A program made the translations under genes and the position numbers. The notes under the pieces are model-generated. The model searched no databases and was not told the origin of the DNA. It saw only the letters and a list, made by a program, of their open reading frames with translations. A stretch of 64,000 bases of DNA from Lingula anatina (taxonomy: Eukaryota; Animalia; Brachiopoda), in assembly GCA_051362555.1 (NCBI GenBank), contig CM120647.1:19072651-19136650 (forward strand), given 5' to 3'. Shown piece by piece: positions 12,955 through 25,526 of the stretch. Positions within the stretch are counted from its first letter, which is position 1. Every line of letters starts with the position of its first letter.

Positions 12955-13279
12955 GTGATGAAATAAATGATAGTGATAAATAATGAATTACAATGTTAAA
13001 TATAATGATAAAGTAATGATAAAATATCGATATTAATAAGGTCATCGCTGATCTGGTATAAGGTAGAGAATGTCTAAAAAGTAATATACGAATTCAAATA
13101 GATGTTTGCATTATTTGCTTAGTAAATTAGTCAGCGGGTGGTTCATGTCGCGAAAGGAGAAGACTACCTGTACTTGCTCAAACGGGAAAAGGGCCGCCAA
13201 GGACGTAGGCTTTGACGACATGAACGCCAATAATGACGGCAAGATTGACCCCAAGGAGTTCGACCCTGATCTGCAATAG
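11126..13279 (+). CDS. Mytimycin-like secreted 12-Cys peptide precursor with C-terminal EF-hand, copy B (120 aa, intact)
   Basis: Exons 11126-11242, 11545-11633, 13123-13279. MATFANFALVVLVLAVLMHQAES-DCCFTKKNTYCADCTK/GTPYCSYGKCNIFGCKCERSCRADCGMTIT/KLVSGWFMSRKEKTTCTCSN-GKR-AAKDVGFDDMNANNDGKIDPKEFDPDLQ*. The signal + 12 Cys + EF-hand layout and the DCC..DCT..GTPY..NIFGC motif match mussel mytimycin as recalled. Confidence 0.9.
11951..12207. mobile_element. Almost fully palindromic Harbinger-type MITE in intron 2 of copy B
   Basis: TAA|GGCTTCGTTCACATGCAATG ... CATTGCATGTGAACGAAGCC|TAA with ~120-bp inverted arms. Absent at the homologous site in copy A. Confidence 0.85.
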
Positions 13280-13631
13280 CTCTGATATCGCGGATGAAAA
13301 GCTGAGCAATTTTTCCATCCTTAATTGACATTTGGAAAATCATTGGGAATCGATATTTCGCAACAAATTATCTTTCGAAATTCGTTTTATGAATTAGGAT
13401 TTGAAATTATGTGAAACAATATTGATGTTTATATGAAATTCAGATAGCATCGCAACAGGTGTCGTTGTTTCATTTATTCATTATTATTGTATACTGGTTT
13501 TGACACAAACGAGCTTTTTTGATCGGGAAACGATATGGGAACATCGGCGACTTTAATCTTCGCCAGGCTCCACCTCCCTTACAACAAAAATGTCCAAACG
13601 TGATCCATTTTCATCGACTGTTTGTCCACTT

Positions 13632-13670
<39 letters not shown>

Positions 13671-14151
13671 AAAAGCAAAAAAAAAAAAAAATGCAAAAGG
13701 AAATCAATCTATAAAGTACTCAAACTATTCCATGTTGAATTTAATCATATCTTTCAATTATCACAGAAGGAATGCTTTACGCGTATGCCCAAACAGCAGT
13801 ATATGACTGAATATTTACATTGGTTAAAATATTAAAAAAATAAAAATAGATAAATGAATAAACGCTCGGTTCCCTGTACTTCTCCAAGATACAGCTAGCG
13901 TAATGCTTAAATGAGCACCAATTATAAAACGGCGGAATGTTCCACAACGTCAGACAATCAATGTATGAGTTAAACCAAGAAGTTGTAGACTAGAACTTCC
14001 TGGTTAATAAAGAAACCAAACAGGTGTCCGACAGGCAATATATGTCCTACGACCAGAGAACGGCCAGATATGTCCGACATATCATATAATATTATTTAAT
14101 GTGGAATTTTATAACTTTTAAGGAGAATTTACAAGTTTGACGGGGGCGTCT

Positions 14152-14365
14152 CGATAGTCCGAAGGTTCATTGGTCCGAAGGTTCATTGGTCCGAAAATTC
14201 GTAAATTTTTCATCAGATTTTCAACAAAAAGGTTCATTGGTCCGAAGGTTCATTAGTCCGAAAATTAAAGGTCCATTGGTCCGAAGGTTCATTAGTCCGA
14301 AGGTTCGATAGTCCGAAGGTTCGATAGTCCGAAGGTTCATTAGTCCGAAGGTTCGATAGTCCGAA
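14152..14365 (+). repeat. 16-bp subterminal tandem repeats (GTCCGAAGGTTCATTG/GTCCGAAGGTTCGATA) of the MULE; inverted array at 22513-22677
   Basis: Directly visible arrays in opposite orientation at the two ends of the element. Confidence 0.9.
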
Positions 14366-17300
14366 ACATTTTAAGATGTTCTTCGATTTTAAGAATTATA
14401 ATTACAAACGGAATCTAAGGGTGCAATCCCAACGAAACTATCATTCTACGTAGATTGATCCAACTCCACCAGGATTCTCACTGTATGCAATCAGATTAGC
14501 AATCCTGGAGCTGCTAGGGGGTGATTAACTTTCGTGTGAACTCAGCTTCTAGAATCTTTATCATTTCGTTTTGAGTGCGACCGAAACGCACGTGAAAATT
14601 ATCCATATAGGTTGTATTGTTTCCGTGAACTACTCTTTACAATGTGGGGAAGTTTGGGGATATGCAATGGCTACCCTTTCCAACTCATGAACACCATACA
14701 TGTTTCACATGAAATATTGAATAAAGATTGGAACGCATAAAATGAGAGGACGCCTATAATGACATTTAATCGAATGGCCTGTGCTATTATTTTTGAATTG
14801 TATAAGAAACTGATAAAAGTGGTTTTACGCTCCATCAAGGCTACCTTTAAGCGCACACTGATTATTTTCAAAAGAAAAAAAACGGGTGTTGCAATAAAGT
14901 ACGAAATTTTTTGGATTGCGGGAGAATCCCGTTTTTCTAGAGACCGATTGCGGTTCACGTCCACCCTGTACTCATGAATATCAAGTCAACAGTTTCGTAA
15001 AAAATCAGTGATAATCGACTTTTCAAGACTGGATGAATAGGTCGGTTCAAGAAAGGCAACTCCACCCTCCAGCGACCAATAACCGTACCACCAGCGTGAG
15101 CGTGGCGGTAGACATGGGCTTAATCCCGACCCATCTCGTACGGCCTCTGCCAGTTCCGCGTCATGGGGGATACAATTAACCGTTACCGTTTCTTCACCTA
15201 GACTAAGCCAAATGAGTTGCAGGGGAAAATGCCCTAATATGTTATTTCTGATGTTATCATTGTGAGGAAACGTTTTCAGAGTTGATAGGGAAAGTAAGTA
15301 TTATTTTTGATTTAATTTATTTTTTTATCTACTGTTTTACATTTCTTTTTTTGTTCAGGAGTTACTGGGTGTATTTACCTTGATTATTTAATTTAAGCTC
15401 TTCGTATAATTATTTGTTTTCTCAATTTCTGTTATTATTTTATTTCTGCAACTGTCTTTATTCAGTTTTTAGTTCACCATAAAAAAGATCAATTAACTTC
15501 TACTCCCACCGTTTTGAATAGTGGTAAGCAGGTGTGCAATACAAAAATGTACTTGATATACCGCAGACACAAACCACATGTATGATATACTATGTATCTG
15601 TTATGGTGTAAGATAAATTAACATATATAAGTCACTGTGAGTTTGAAAAAAACTTTCTGGACATACAACAGCAGCCTGTCTGTTATGAAAAAAAAAGAAC
15701 ATGTTGGTTATACAGACATCTCGTCGATTACAGAACTATACAAACGTAATTTCTTTTAACATATTCTTACATTACAAAAAACTTAACAGTCGGTTAAAGC
15801 TCTGCTCTGATTTACGTCTCATGGTAACTTGTCGTCATAGAAAAATACTGTTACAACAGAGATATTAATCATATTGTGACGACACTGAAAATGAATATCC
15901 TTTCATTTTATGTGGCCTTATTACACTGTCCCCAGGAAAAAAGTTCATAATCCGTATTTCTTTATTAGGTTTCGCCTTTCAGATAAATGCGTTTAGTGAT
16001 AAGGTGCTGTTAGTACTGATTGTGATATTTAGTACGCATTATCAAACCTGAAATAATTCGGCAGAAGAGATAGATTTGGGAACGGTAGGCGCATTAGCTG
16101 TAGTTATATTAATCTATTTTTTATATACCAATATAAAGACTAAGATATCACTTCAACTAAAATTTCTAAAAAAAAGAACCGTTAGAGCATAATGGTCTTG
16201 ATTAGAACTAAACTATACCACACTGACTAAATATACTATACTACACTAACAAAACTTCTCTAAAACTGTACTAAAGTTACCCATGGTGCAAGCCTCTCGA
16301 AAACGAATCTGCTGAAATCAACAGTGGCGTGTTGAATTTGACATTAACACGCGCTGCTTAATGGCAAAAGCAGTAACATCGGCCTAGGTAATTCTTCACG
16401 ACGCGTTCCCAATGAAACTACCGTACTAGGCAGAATAGGTTCTGGTAGACAGATCGATCCAACTCGGCAGGATTTTCGATGAATGCAATCTGATTAACAC
16501 TACTCTTCTTGTTTCTAGCGTACGCGCATAATAAACAGCTTTTATGCATTGTACTGAGCGCAGGGATAAAGAGTTGATCTTTTCATCTATAGCATTCATC
16601 AAGAATCCCCGCCGAATTGAATCGATATACTTAATTAATACGCACCCTTAGACCGCATTCAGATTCACACACCGTACAAGCTGGGTCGACCCAATTCTGC
16701 CGGGGTTTCTCGCTATTTAAAGCACAACCATCTTGATCAGCTTAACTGTTTGACACCCCTCCCTAAGCAGCTGGGGGTAATTAACCGTGAGAGTATTAAG
16801 CTCTTTCCATTGATTGTACTTTAGCATGAATCTGCCGTAAAATTGAACCGACCCAGCTAGTGCGATGCGTTAATCTGAATGCGCCCCTATTTTCATCTTA
16901 TTGCATGGCTATTCAAAAGACATCGAAAGGCTAACTCCAGAGTATAATTCAATTTTGTCTTACAGGGTGTCCCAAATATGTATCTGTAGAATATCTTTTT
17001 ACAACCAAATGCATTTTACAACCGGTCTGTATCCACCCCAGAGACAGCCCCAACCTAAAAGCACCAAACTTAGGGCGCATTTCCATAGATTTTAGATCGA
17101 TCTATCCCCGTCTCACTAGATTACTGTCAGATAATCCGGCTTAAATGTCCGTCCCGCCTACTACAATCTGTAAGGCTATTTAGCGTGAACCCCCAAGGAG
17201 TTAGGTCGATCCAGTTGGATCGATCTAATCTCTGAGAATGGGGTCTTAGAGAGGGCCCATTCACATTCCTGATAACACATTAATCAATCCCCAAAGTTTA

Positions 17301-17684
17301 AGGGAGCATTCAGATTCATACACTTTACCAGCTGGATCGATCCAACTCTGCGGGGATTCTCGCTTAAATACAGCCATTGTTATAAACTTGATTGTCTGAC
17401 ATGCCCCTCTCGAGCAGTTAAGGGCTAATTACCTTTTGTATGTGCTCAAGAGGGGCGTGTCAGACAATTGAGCTGGTTACATTGACTACACTTTACCAAG
17501 AGTTGGATCGATCCAGTTGGTACGTTGTTTGCATCTCAATGCCCCTTCCTCCGTCCTCACTGGCCAGGGCGCACTATAGTTAATTACCCTCTCACAATTT
17601 TTAGTAGCCGGCTAAGCTGACAGTAATCTAGTGAGACTCCCCACCGGGATAGATCGATCTAAATGTGGGAATGGGGTCAAAGAC

Positions 17685-20061
17685 TCAAACAAAGTCAACA
17701 ATGCAGTGACAGACTGCATCCCAGTATTCTTCAACTGTACGCTGGCCGGCACGGTATTGGGCTTTAAGCCTCTCTAGACGAGTGTCCAACCTCCTCCATT
17801 TAAGTTTTCTTGGGGCTGGGGCATCTCCTCTTCTAGCTCCTGTTATGGCCCGCTCGGTTTGAGCCTGGAGGTCCTTCAAATGAGTTATAAATCTCCACAG
17901 GGAGGGATGACGCGTACCGATCGCGAAGTTCAAGGCTCTGTGGAAACCTTAACAGACAAAATATAAAAAAACATTTTATTAAAATAAGTAATAAATTAGG
18001 CATATTTACATATCATTGCAAATTGTTTTAAAGCTGTCCAAGTTACTAATTATGAAGTGCAATTACGATCCTCAAGAGTGTTACGTTAATCGCATTACGG
18101 TTTGGATAAAATGTATTATTAAAGATGCACTAACAAAATACTACATCAATTCTCTCTATCAAGCAATAATCTTTCAAGAATGGCCTTATGCCGTCTTCAG
18201 AATACCCGAAAAGACAATATTACTTGTCGTTTTTCGGGTATTGTGAACACAGCCTTACTCTCCACGTGGTTGTTTGTGCGGTTATCCATTCCCCTGTCAT
18301 AAACATTCCACATAGCAGGTGGGAAATTCCCGTTCATATAATTATTTTGGAAGTAATTAATGAAATTTGTCAATGCCGGGAATCGGGCAACAAGGGCTTG
18401 CGTACGCCTGCTGTTGGTGAGGAGGATCAGATTTTGCCTTACCACAGCTACTGGTAAGAAACCAATTGACATATACTTTCGTAGACATCTCCTCAATCTA
18501 CGATTGTTTCTGTAATCTTGTGAAAGGCCTAGTTCTTTGATCCTGCGCCAAAGTGATTGGCAGAAGTGAAAATAACACCCCTGAACCGTTGCTCTGGGAA
18601 GATCTGTCTCGACTGCAGTTAAGAGGGCTTGCTCAAAGTCACAGACTATGAGTTCTGGTCGCCATCGGTGCCCAGTGACTTGATGCACCTAAGATAAGAT
18701 AAGATTATAGAGACCAGTTAGTGATTAATTTACAAATTTAAAAAATCACATATAACGAAAATTGGATTGCTTTTTGGGGAAAATGTATGAAATTTCCAGG
18801 TTTCAATATAGTTGCTAAGATATAGTTGCTTAAGCTCTATTTTTGCTCTTTAAATGAGAAACAACAGATGAATAAAATTTCTTTAAATTCTGTTTTGATC
18901 CTTCAAAGGTTAAAAGTCTTCAGTTGGTCGGTAAGAAATCAAAAAGACCATGTGCAGGGTGGGTACATGTACGGTAAAACAATTTCTTCTGTTTTTGCTT
19001 CTAATCTATCTTCGTAAATGGCATTTACCTTCCTTCTTATCGCCTGCAGAACTTGGCGATAATGCCCAACAGTTCTCCCATCCATTAGACAAGCGGCCAA
19101 AAGGATGACTCTCCCTCTATGCTGCCCATGAACAGTCAGGCACTGGGTGTAAGGGGCAGGACAACTTTTAAATGTGGCGTCCATATACACCTGTCTGCAT
19201 GTCTGCAGAACCTCTATGTTGGCATCTGTGCCAAAGACAAGGACCCCCCATGCATTATCCTGATGGATTACGTTTTCCTCTCCTCGCCATGTCTCTGCCC
19301 AGGGACCTAATTGAATATATAATGAAACGAAATGATAATGTTTACACATACATATGTTACAAGGAGGGTGGCCAAAAAAGGAGACATTTTCTGTATTTTA
19401 ATCATGCGCCTCTAATATTGTAGTGCATTTTTACATTGCTACAGCTGTGAACTTTAAATGTGTTAGTTATGATTTTAATGGGATGTGCGGCAACATTGTT
19501 TTATTTCTGGGTTTGAATTGTTCAAACAGTTCCAAATGTAATCATGGATATGCTATATCGCAAAAATTTGAGGGGCCTTTTCATTATTTCCAATTAACAA
19601 ATGCTAGGCCTACCTTGAAGGATGACATCATTAACCTGCCTGGGAACAGCAGGCATATGGGCTGTGCGTGCTCGGTGGAGCGATGACCGCACATTATGAT
19701 ATTCAGGGACAGCTGCCTGGTCACCCCCACCTTGAGCATGTTGTCTTAGGACGGCGTCGTATGTCCGTTTTATGGGAAGGGTGACATCGTCTTCCACTGC
19801 ATTTTTCATCTCCTGGATGATTCCACACTGCTCTATCATCTCTCTGTCGTCGGCATGGTTGTGGGGAGACTCATCTATGATTCCGATTCTTCTCGCCCCA
19901 ACATCCACGTTAAAAAGATTCGTTTTTAACGTTGCCCGGCAAGTCTTTCGCCAGCACCGCCAATGAATGGAATTGGCAGTGACTTTATTTTTTTGATATT
20001 TATTTTGCCCATGAATTAGGACCATGCCACCACGACTTCCTTTTGTTACGTAAGTCGCCAT
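17685..20061 (-). CDS. MULE transposase (FLYWCH zinc finger + DDE), 4 exons, 472 aa
   Basis: Exons 20061-19614, 19306-19029, 18688-18259 and 17947-17685 join in frame via GT-AG introns with no stops. Motifs: WRCWRKTC..HNH, YMDATF, CDFEQAL, GCYFHFCQ, RTNNHVES. Confidence 0.92.
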
Positions 20062-21907
20062 ATTGAAAGTGGAATAAAATATTCGGCTACTTTCGACATC
20101 TATTCAAATTATTTTTAAACTTTCAAACATGGTCATTGTAGCAAATTGCCAGGTATTTTCAAATATATCTTCAGAATATACATGTTTATTATACCAAGAA
20201 AACGAGTAATAAAATGTCATCCCCGGTAATTCATCTATCTACGTAGTTTTTTTAAAGATTATTTTTGAAATTGCACGGAAATACGAATGACAACAGGTAA
20301 TTGAATGAAGGAAATCTTTTTCAAGGTATTTTGCAGCCCAGGTTCCATTTCTGATACTTAAAGGGTGGAGGAGAAAAGGCACAGACCCAACACATGGGAG
20401 ACATCTTCAATGATGCACAGGGACAGACAACACAATGGAGTGACATCGGGCACACCCAAACACAATCACCAATTTTAATTTGTTATTAACCGTAACATTA
20501 TATCATGTTCATTATGCTTTCTCTTAAACTAAAAGCCTCGGGTGCATTTGTCTTCCCAATGGCGGATCCTGAACATTTAAAGAGGGAGGGGGTGTCCGCG
20601 GATGCAAAGCTGACCCCCCCCCCCTCCCCCCGTTTGAATGGGATTCGACATTTTGGGTATTTAAGAGAGCGAACGGTGCCATTTGGTACGGTCAAGAGGG
20701 ACATATCAGTGTGGTTTCTTTTCAGAAACCGAAGGGGGCGGAGTCAGAACCCCCTCTAAACCCCCTTCTCCTTGCGAAGCCTGAACGTGCCCATGTACTA
20801 CGCGTATATCCCTTTTTAGGAAAATTCCTTGCAGAGGAAGGCAATGGCTGTGCAATATCATGCAAAAATGGGAGGATTTACATCCTCTGTATCCTCTATG
20901 ATTTTGTCTAAGCTTTTGAAAAATATCTAAAATCGTAAGTGTCTAGGCCGTACGTGGCATTTCATACTGGCATCTCGTAGATCTCGCAAGTGAGACGTGC
21001 GATTTTGGGGTCCGCCATATAGATAAACGTCCTAATAAAATATTCGTCCCGATATACACGTCTCAATAGATTTACGTCTCGTTAAATTTACGTGCCGATA
21101 GATCCACCAACAGATTCCTATAAACCTTTAGATCTTTAGAACCAGGTACCGCTAGATCCATATATCTGACATCGTAATGGGCCTGGCTAAAATGCCGATA
21201 TCAACTCGAGGTACAGGTATGGGGCTTTCGAGTAATAGTCTGACTGCTAGTACTGACCCACTTAATTAATGATTTAATTACAACCTGATATTTATTACCG
21301 TATAGGTATGGTAAGCTCTGAAAAGGCGCAAACTCCCTTAGAAAACAAATTTCACACGGGTAAACGGCATTTTTCCTGGACTGACTTTACCAGTCCATCA
21401 ATCCAAACTATCCAAGAGCACTTTTACAATTAGTTTGAGTTTCTTACGATGTCTTAAGATACTATGATAAGAATTCAAATTCTTCTAACCTACACATTAC
21501 TTAAATTATGTAAAAGTTATAGAATAATTGCATTTCCAAACAAACTATGTTGTTGTTCGCACAGCCCACTCCCCTACCCCCCCCCCCCCCAAAAAAAAAA
21601 AAAAAAAAAAAAAAAAAACAGCCGTTCCGCCAGCAGTATTGTATTACTCATAGGGATGAGGATGAATTAACTGGAGTGTAAACTTGGCATATAAACAAAA
21701 ATTACCAGCATTTACGAAAACAAACTTTTCCCTTACTAGGGCTTTAAACATAAAAATTGTATCAGAATACAGTAATATGCTCAAATATCCACAAATAGTA
21801 ATACATATTTAATTCCACCCCCTCTTCCCCAGCAATACCGAAGGTGCTGAAACGTTTATAATCTGAAATAGAAATGTGGCAACGCCATATCAACCCGGTG
21901 GGCCTAT

Positions 21908-21950
<43 letters not shown>

Positions 21951-22695
21951 TTAAACGTAAAATACAAGTGAGAAGGCAGTTTGAACATGTTGAAATATTC
22001 TAAAACAGTTAAACTTCTAATCTGATGAACAACATCAAAAATGCTGTCTTTGTAACAAATTCATTTAAACGAAGAAAAACGTACTATGCAAAAAGTAGAT
22101 ACACTCGTGACTCGTGAGAAAATTTCCATTTGATTTTACAAAATAAACCTTTGCAGTTAAATATCGTCAACTTCCAATCCCATGAAAAACATTAAGATTT
22201 GTTTTTTTTTTTTTTTTTTTTTTTGTAACTAATGTAATATGCTAGTATTGACGTTATTTTTGCCCGTGCAGACCTAACTTTTAAACCCTCTACCAGGGCG
22301 ACTGATAGATTTTTTACAGATATTCACAGATGTGTATCTAGATAACTAGGTGGTCATTTTGAGACACCAACAATTTTCGGGGCCCTTTAGCGGGCCCCAG
22401 ATCCTACGCCAAGGGGGGTGGGGGCTTTGCATCCGCGGACCCCCCTTCAAATAATCTTGGATCCGCCCCTGTACATGTAATTCACTATACTCTTATACAG
22501 CGGGCCTACATTCGGACTATCGAACCTTCGGACTATCGAACCTTCGGACTAATGAACCTTCGGACCAATGCACCTTCGGACTGTCGAACCTTCGGACCAA
22601 TGAACCTTCAATGCACATTCGGACCATTGAACCTTCGGACCAATGAACCTTCGGACTATTGAACCTTCGGACTATCGCTACGGCCCCAGTTTGAC

Positions 22696-24030
22696 AACCT
22701 TCACATTCATATCTCCACCCAGAAAAAAAATCAGTTAAACTTAGGACCGAATGCTTAGACATATGAGGGTTTTACTATGGAAGCGTCCCATACACCTGTT
22801 ACTGAAAACGCACATTAAAATACTGGTACTAACAACTTTGAATTCAGAAACTACTCTGATCTACGTATACTGGAATGCAATGCAGAATGAATGGAGAACC
22901 GTCATAAATAATTGAAATACATTTTTAGGGGGAAAAGTGTGAAAATTAAAAGTGACGATGAACTACTTACATGAAACCCACGCAATTAAGATAACGTCTC
23001 TCTCTCTCTCTCTCTCTCTCTCCAGCAGTATCCAAGACATATGGTCTCATACCGGCAGTCTTGGAAATTTATAAACATTTATCTTTCCATTTAAAGAACC
23101 TTTTCCTAAAATAGATCCATTTCGTCTTCCAATTTTCGGTTGAAACTAACGCCAGTCTCAAACTTCATTTCACTGCACAATTCTCTCTCATGTTGATGAA
23201 AATTATTTAAAAATGAATTTTATTTACCGCAATACACCAACTAATCCTAATCTGTACAAAACATAAGAGAGCCCGGACTTCCATTCCTGTTACACGGCGA
23301 CTTACTTACGCACACTCTGCTTATACGTTTTTCATGTTATGGTAATCAAACGCAATATTTAGAAATCTTTTCTAGCAAAATCAATGAGCTTTCAAGAATT
23401 TGAACATGCGAAGAAATATCAAAGGGCATCAGTTCCTTAAACGTTACCTGTGTTTTATTTGTTGTAGGTTACAACATATTCCACTTCAACGGTGCAACTA
23501 ATTACAGTATAAACAGAAGGCAGTGTCACCACGTTTTTGACCTAGCTTTGGGAATTTTCAGTAAACATTTGTCACCAGACCTCTGAATCCTGAATTGATT
23601 CATTGATGAATCGATGATGTTATGTCTAATGGTTACGTTCAACCAGATGAAGCTAGAATTTAAAATGCGAATGTGTAAAACCTAAAGAATTATTGTCTTT
23701 CTGATGAAAATAATTTCCACAAATGAAAATCTCAAACATACCTTATGTTTTTACACATCGCCGAACCTGTCGGTAAATGTTAATCCAGACTTGGGTATAA
23801 TTATTGTGTAATACATACCTGTACATATCATTGGTGTCCGTTTTACAATCTTTGATCTCTTCTGAATACAGGTGTGAATACTTCTTTAAAAGCCGATGCC
23901 TTGACAAATCTATAAATAGGTAAAACGTCGAACGTTTTTCAATCATATCTAGACAGAGAAGTAAACAAGGATCTTTCAGGTAAATATTGTGTCGAATATA
24001 TTTTCTTAAATTGCTGCATAGTGTTCCAAG
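22696..24030 (+). pseudogene. Promoter-only remnant (copy E) of the peptide gene
   Basis: Colinear with the upstream regions of A and B. It includes TATAAATA at 23911, a non-coding exon at ~23941-23979 and CAG|GTAAAT, but breaks off at ~24030 before the signal-peptide exon. Confidence 0.75.
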
Positions 24031-24486
24031 CCAGTTGAAAGTAATGAATCACCAAGTATAAAAACAATAACTTTTTTTCAGGTAGAACGAGGAATAAAAG
24101 GCCGCATTTACGAGTCAGTTTAGGGGGATGGGGGTGGGGCTTCACGGATCAAGCTGTGAACGTTTAAAATATTTCAGAAAATAAAAAGTGGGACCCTTGA
24201 TTTAGTTCGTTTTGGCTAATATGGGTTAAAACGAAGCTAAATAGGCATTCCATTTTAAAGGTACAAATGAGGATGTTCGTGCCATATTCATATTTAACGA
24301 ATTATCCTGGGATAAAACGACATTTATCTCCGATTTACCAACCTTTCCTATTCCTTTCCTGAAAATCACAAGAACTCTGTAACAATTTTGGAAAAAAACC
24401 CAAAGTTCAAACCCCGCTCAATGACTCGACTAACAGATATCGCTACTGTCGCGCCGTTACTCCCGCTATTTACAAACAGTGACAAG

Positions 24487-24502
24487 ATGGCTGACTATCG
24501 AG
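24487..24502 (+). other. Putative orphan first coding exon MADYR+G with CpG-rich promoter-like sequence (second copy 32124-32139)
   Basis: CAAGATGGCTGAC start context and G|GTAGG donor. The two copies differ only by synonymous changes. No downstream exons identified. Confidence 0.35.
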
Positions 24503-25180
24503 GTAGGACAGGGGACGGTGAATATGATTATTATTATTTTTTATTTTTTTTTTTTTTTGCGATATTGATTAAGGTCATTCATCTGGCATTTTTGATTTAA
24601 ATTTTTGTTAATTGTCCGCGACTAAATTCTTTGAGAAGCAATTCAAGAACTTAAAATGCGATTTAAATCCTACATATTGGGCGTTTAACATGATGTGACC
24701 TCATTCAGAACAGGGAACTTACAGCTCTATGTATCCCTTGGCTTTCAGATGGACCAGGTTGATATTGAAATTCATCACAGCATTTAAATGGCAGATATTT
24801 CCTACATCATTATTGAGCGAACCTCACAGTCGATGGCGTCTTAAATCCTACATAGTAGGCCCTTAACATGATGTGACCTCATTTAGAACAGGGGACTAAC
24901 AGCTCTATTTACCCCTAAGCTCCAGATGGAAAATGTTGATACTTAATTTCAGCACAACATTACAACTTCTTGGTTTAACTCATGCATGGATTGTCTGACT
25001 TTGTGGAACATTCCGCTGTTTGAAAATTGGTGCTTATTTTAGGATAACACTAGCTGTATCTTCGAGAAGTATAGGGAATCAAGCGTTTATTTCTTTATTC
25101 ATATATCTATTTTGTTATTTTGACCGATCTAAATGCCATATATTTTTTTTATTTATTCAGTCATGTACTACTCTTTAGGC

Positions 25181-25251
<71 letters not shown>

Positions 25252-25526
25252 TTAGAAACAAGATCGTTTGTGTCAAAAACCAGTATATAATAATAATGAA
25301 TAAATGAAACACAACGATACCTGTTGCGATGCTATCTGAATTTCATATAAACAGTATTCTGGTATCTGAATTTCACATAAAAAGCAATATTGTTTCACAT
25401 AACTTCAAATCCTTATTTCGAATTTCGTAAGTTAATTTGTTGCATAAGATCGATTCCCAATGATTTTCCAAATGCGAAATAAGGATGGAAATAGTGCTGC
25501 GGTTTTCATCCTCGTATATATCAGAG

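Larger units (their letters stand above)
14142..22687 (-). mobile_element. Full-length Mutator-like (MULE, Rehavkus-type) DNA transposon, 8.5 kb
   Basis: Direct repeat AGTTTGAC at 14134-14141 and 22688-22695. Termini GGGGC..CGATAGTCCGAAGGTTC are inverted at both ends and carry subterminal 16-bp tandem repeats. An internal MULE transposase gene is present. The joined flanks match the uninterrupted paralogous sequence at ~9500-9570. Confidence 0.92.

Noticed and set aside
14152-14365. Short regular repeats that could suggest a CRISPR array
   Set aside because: The 16-bp units are contiguous with no unique spacers, mirrored at 22513-22677, and in eukaryotic context; they are transposon subterminal repeats.
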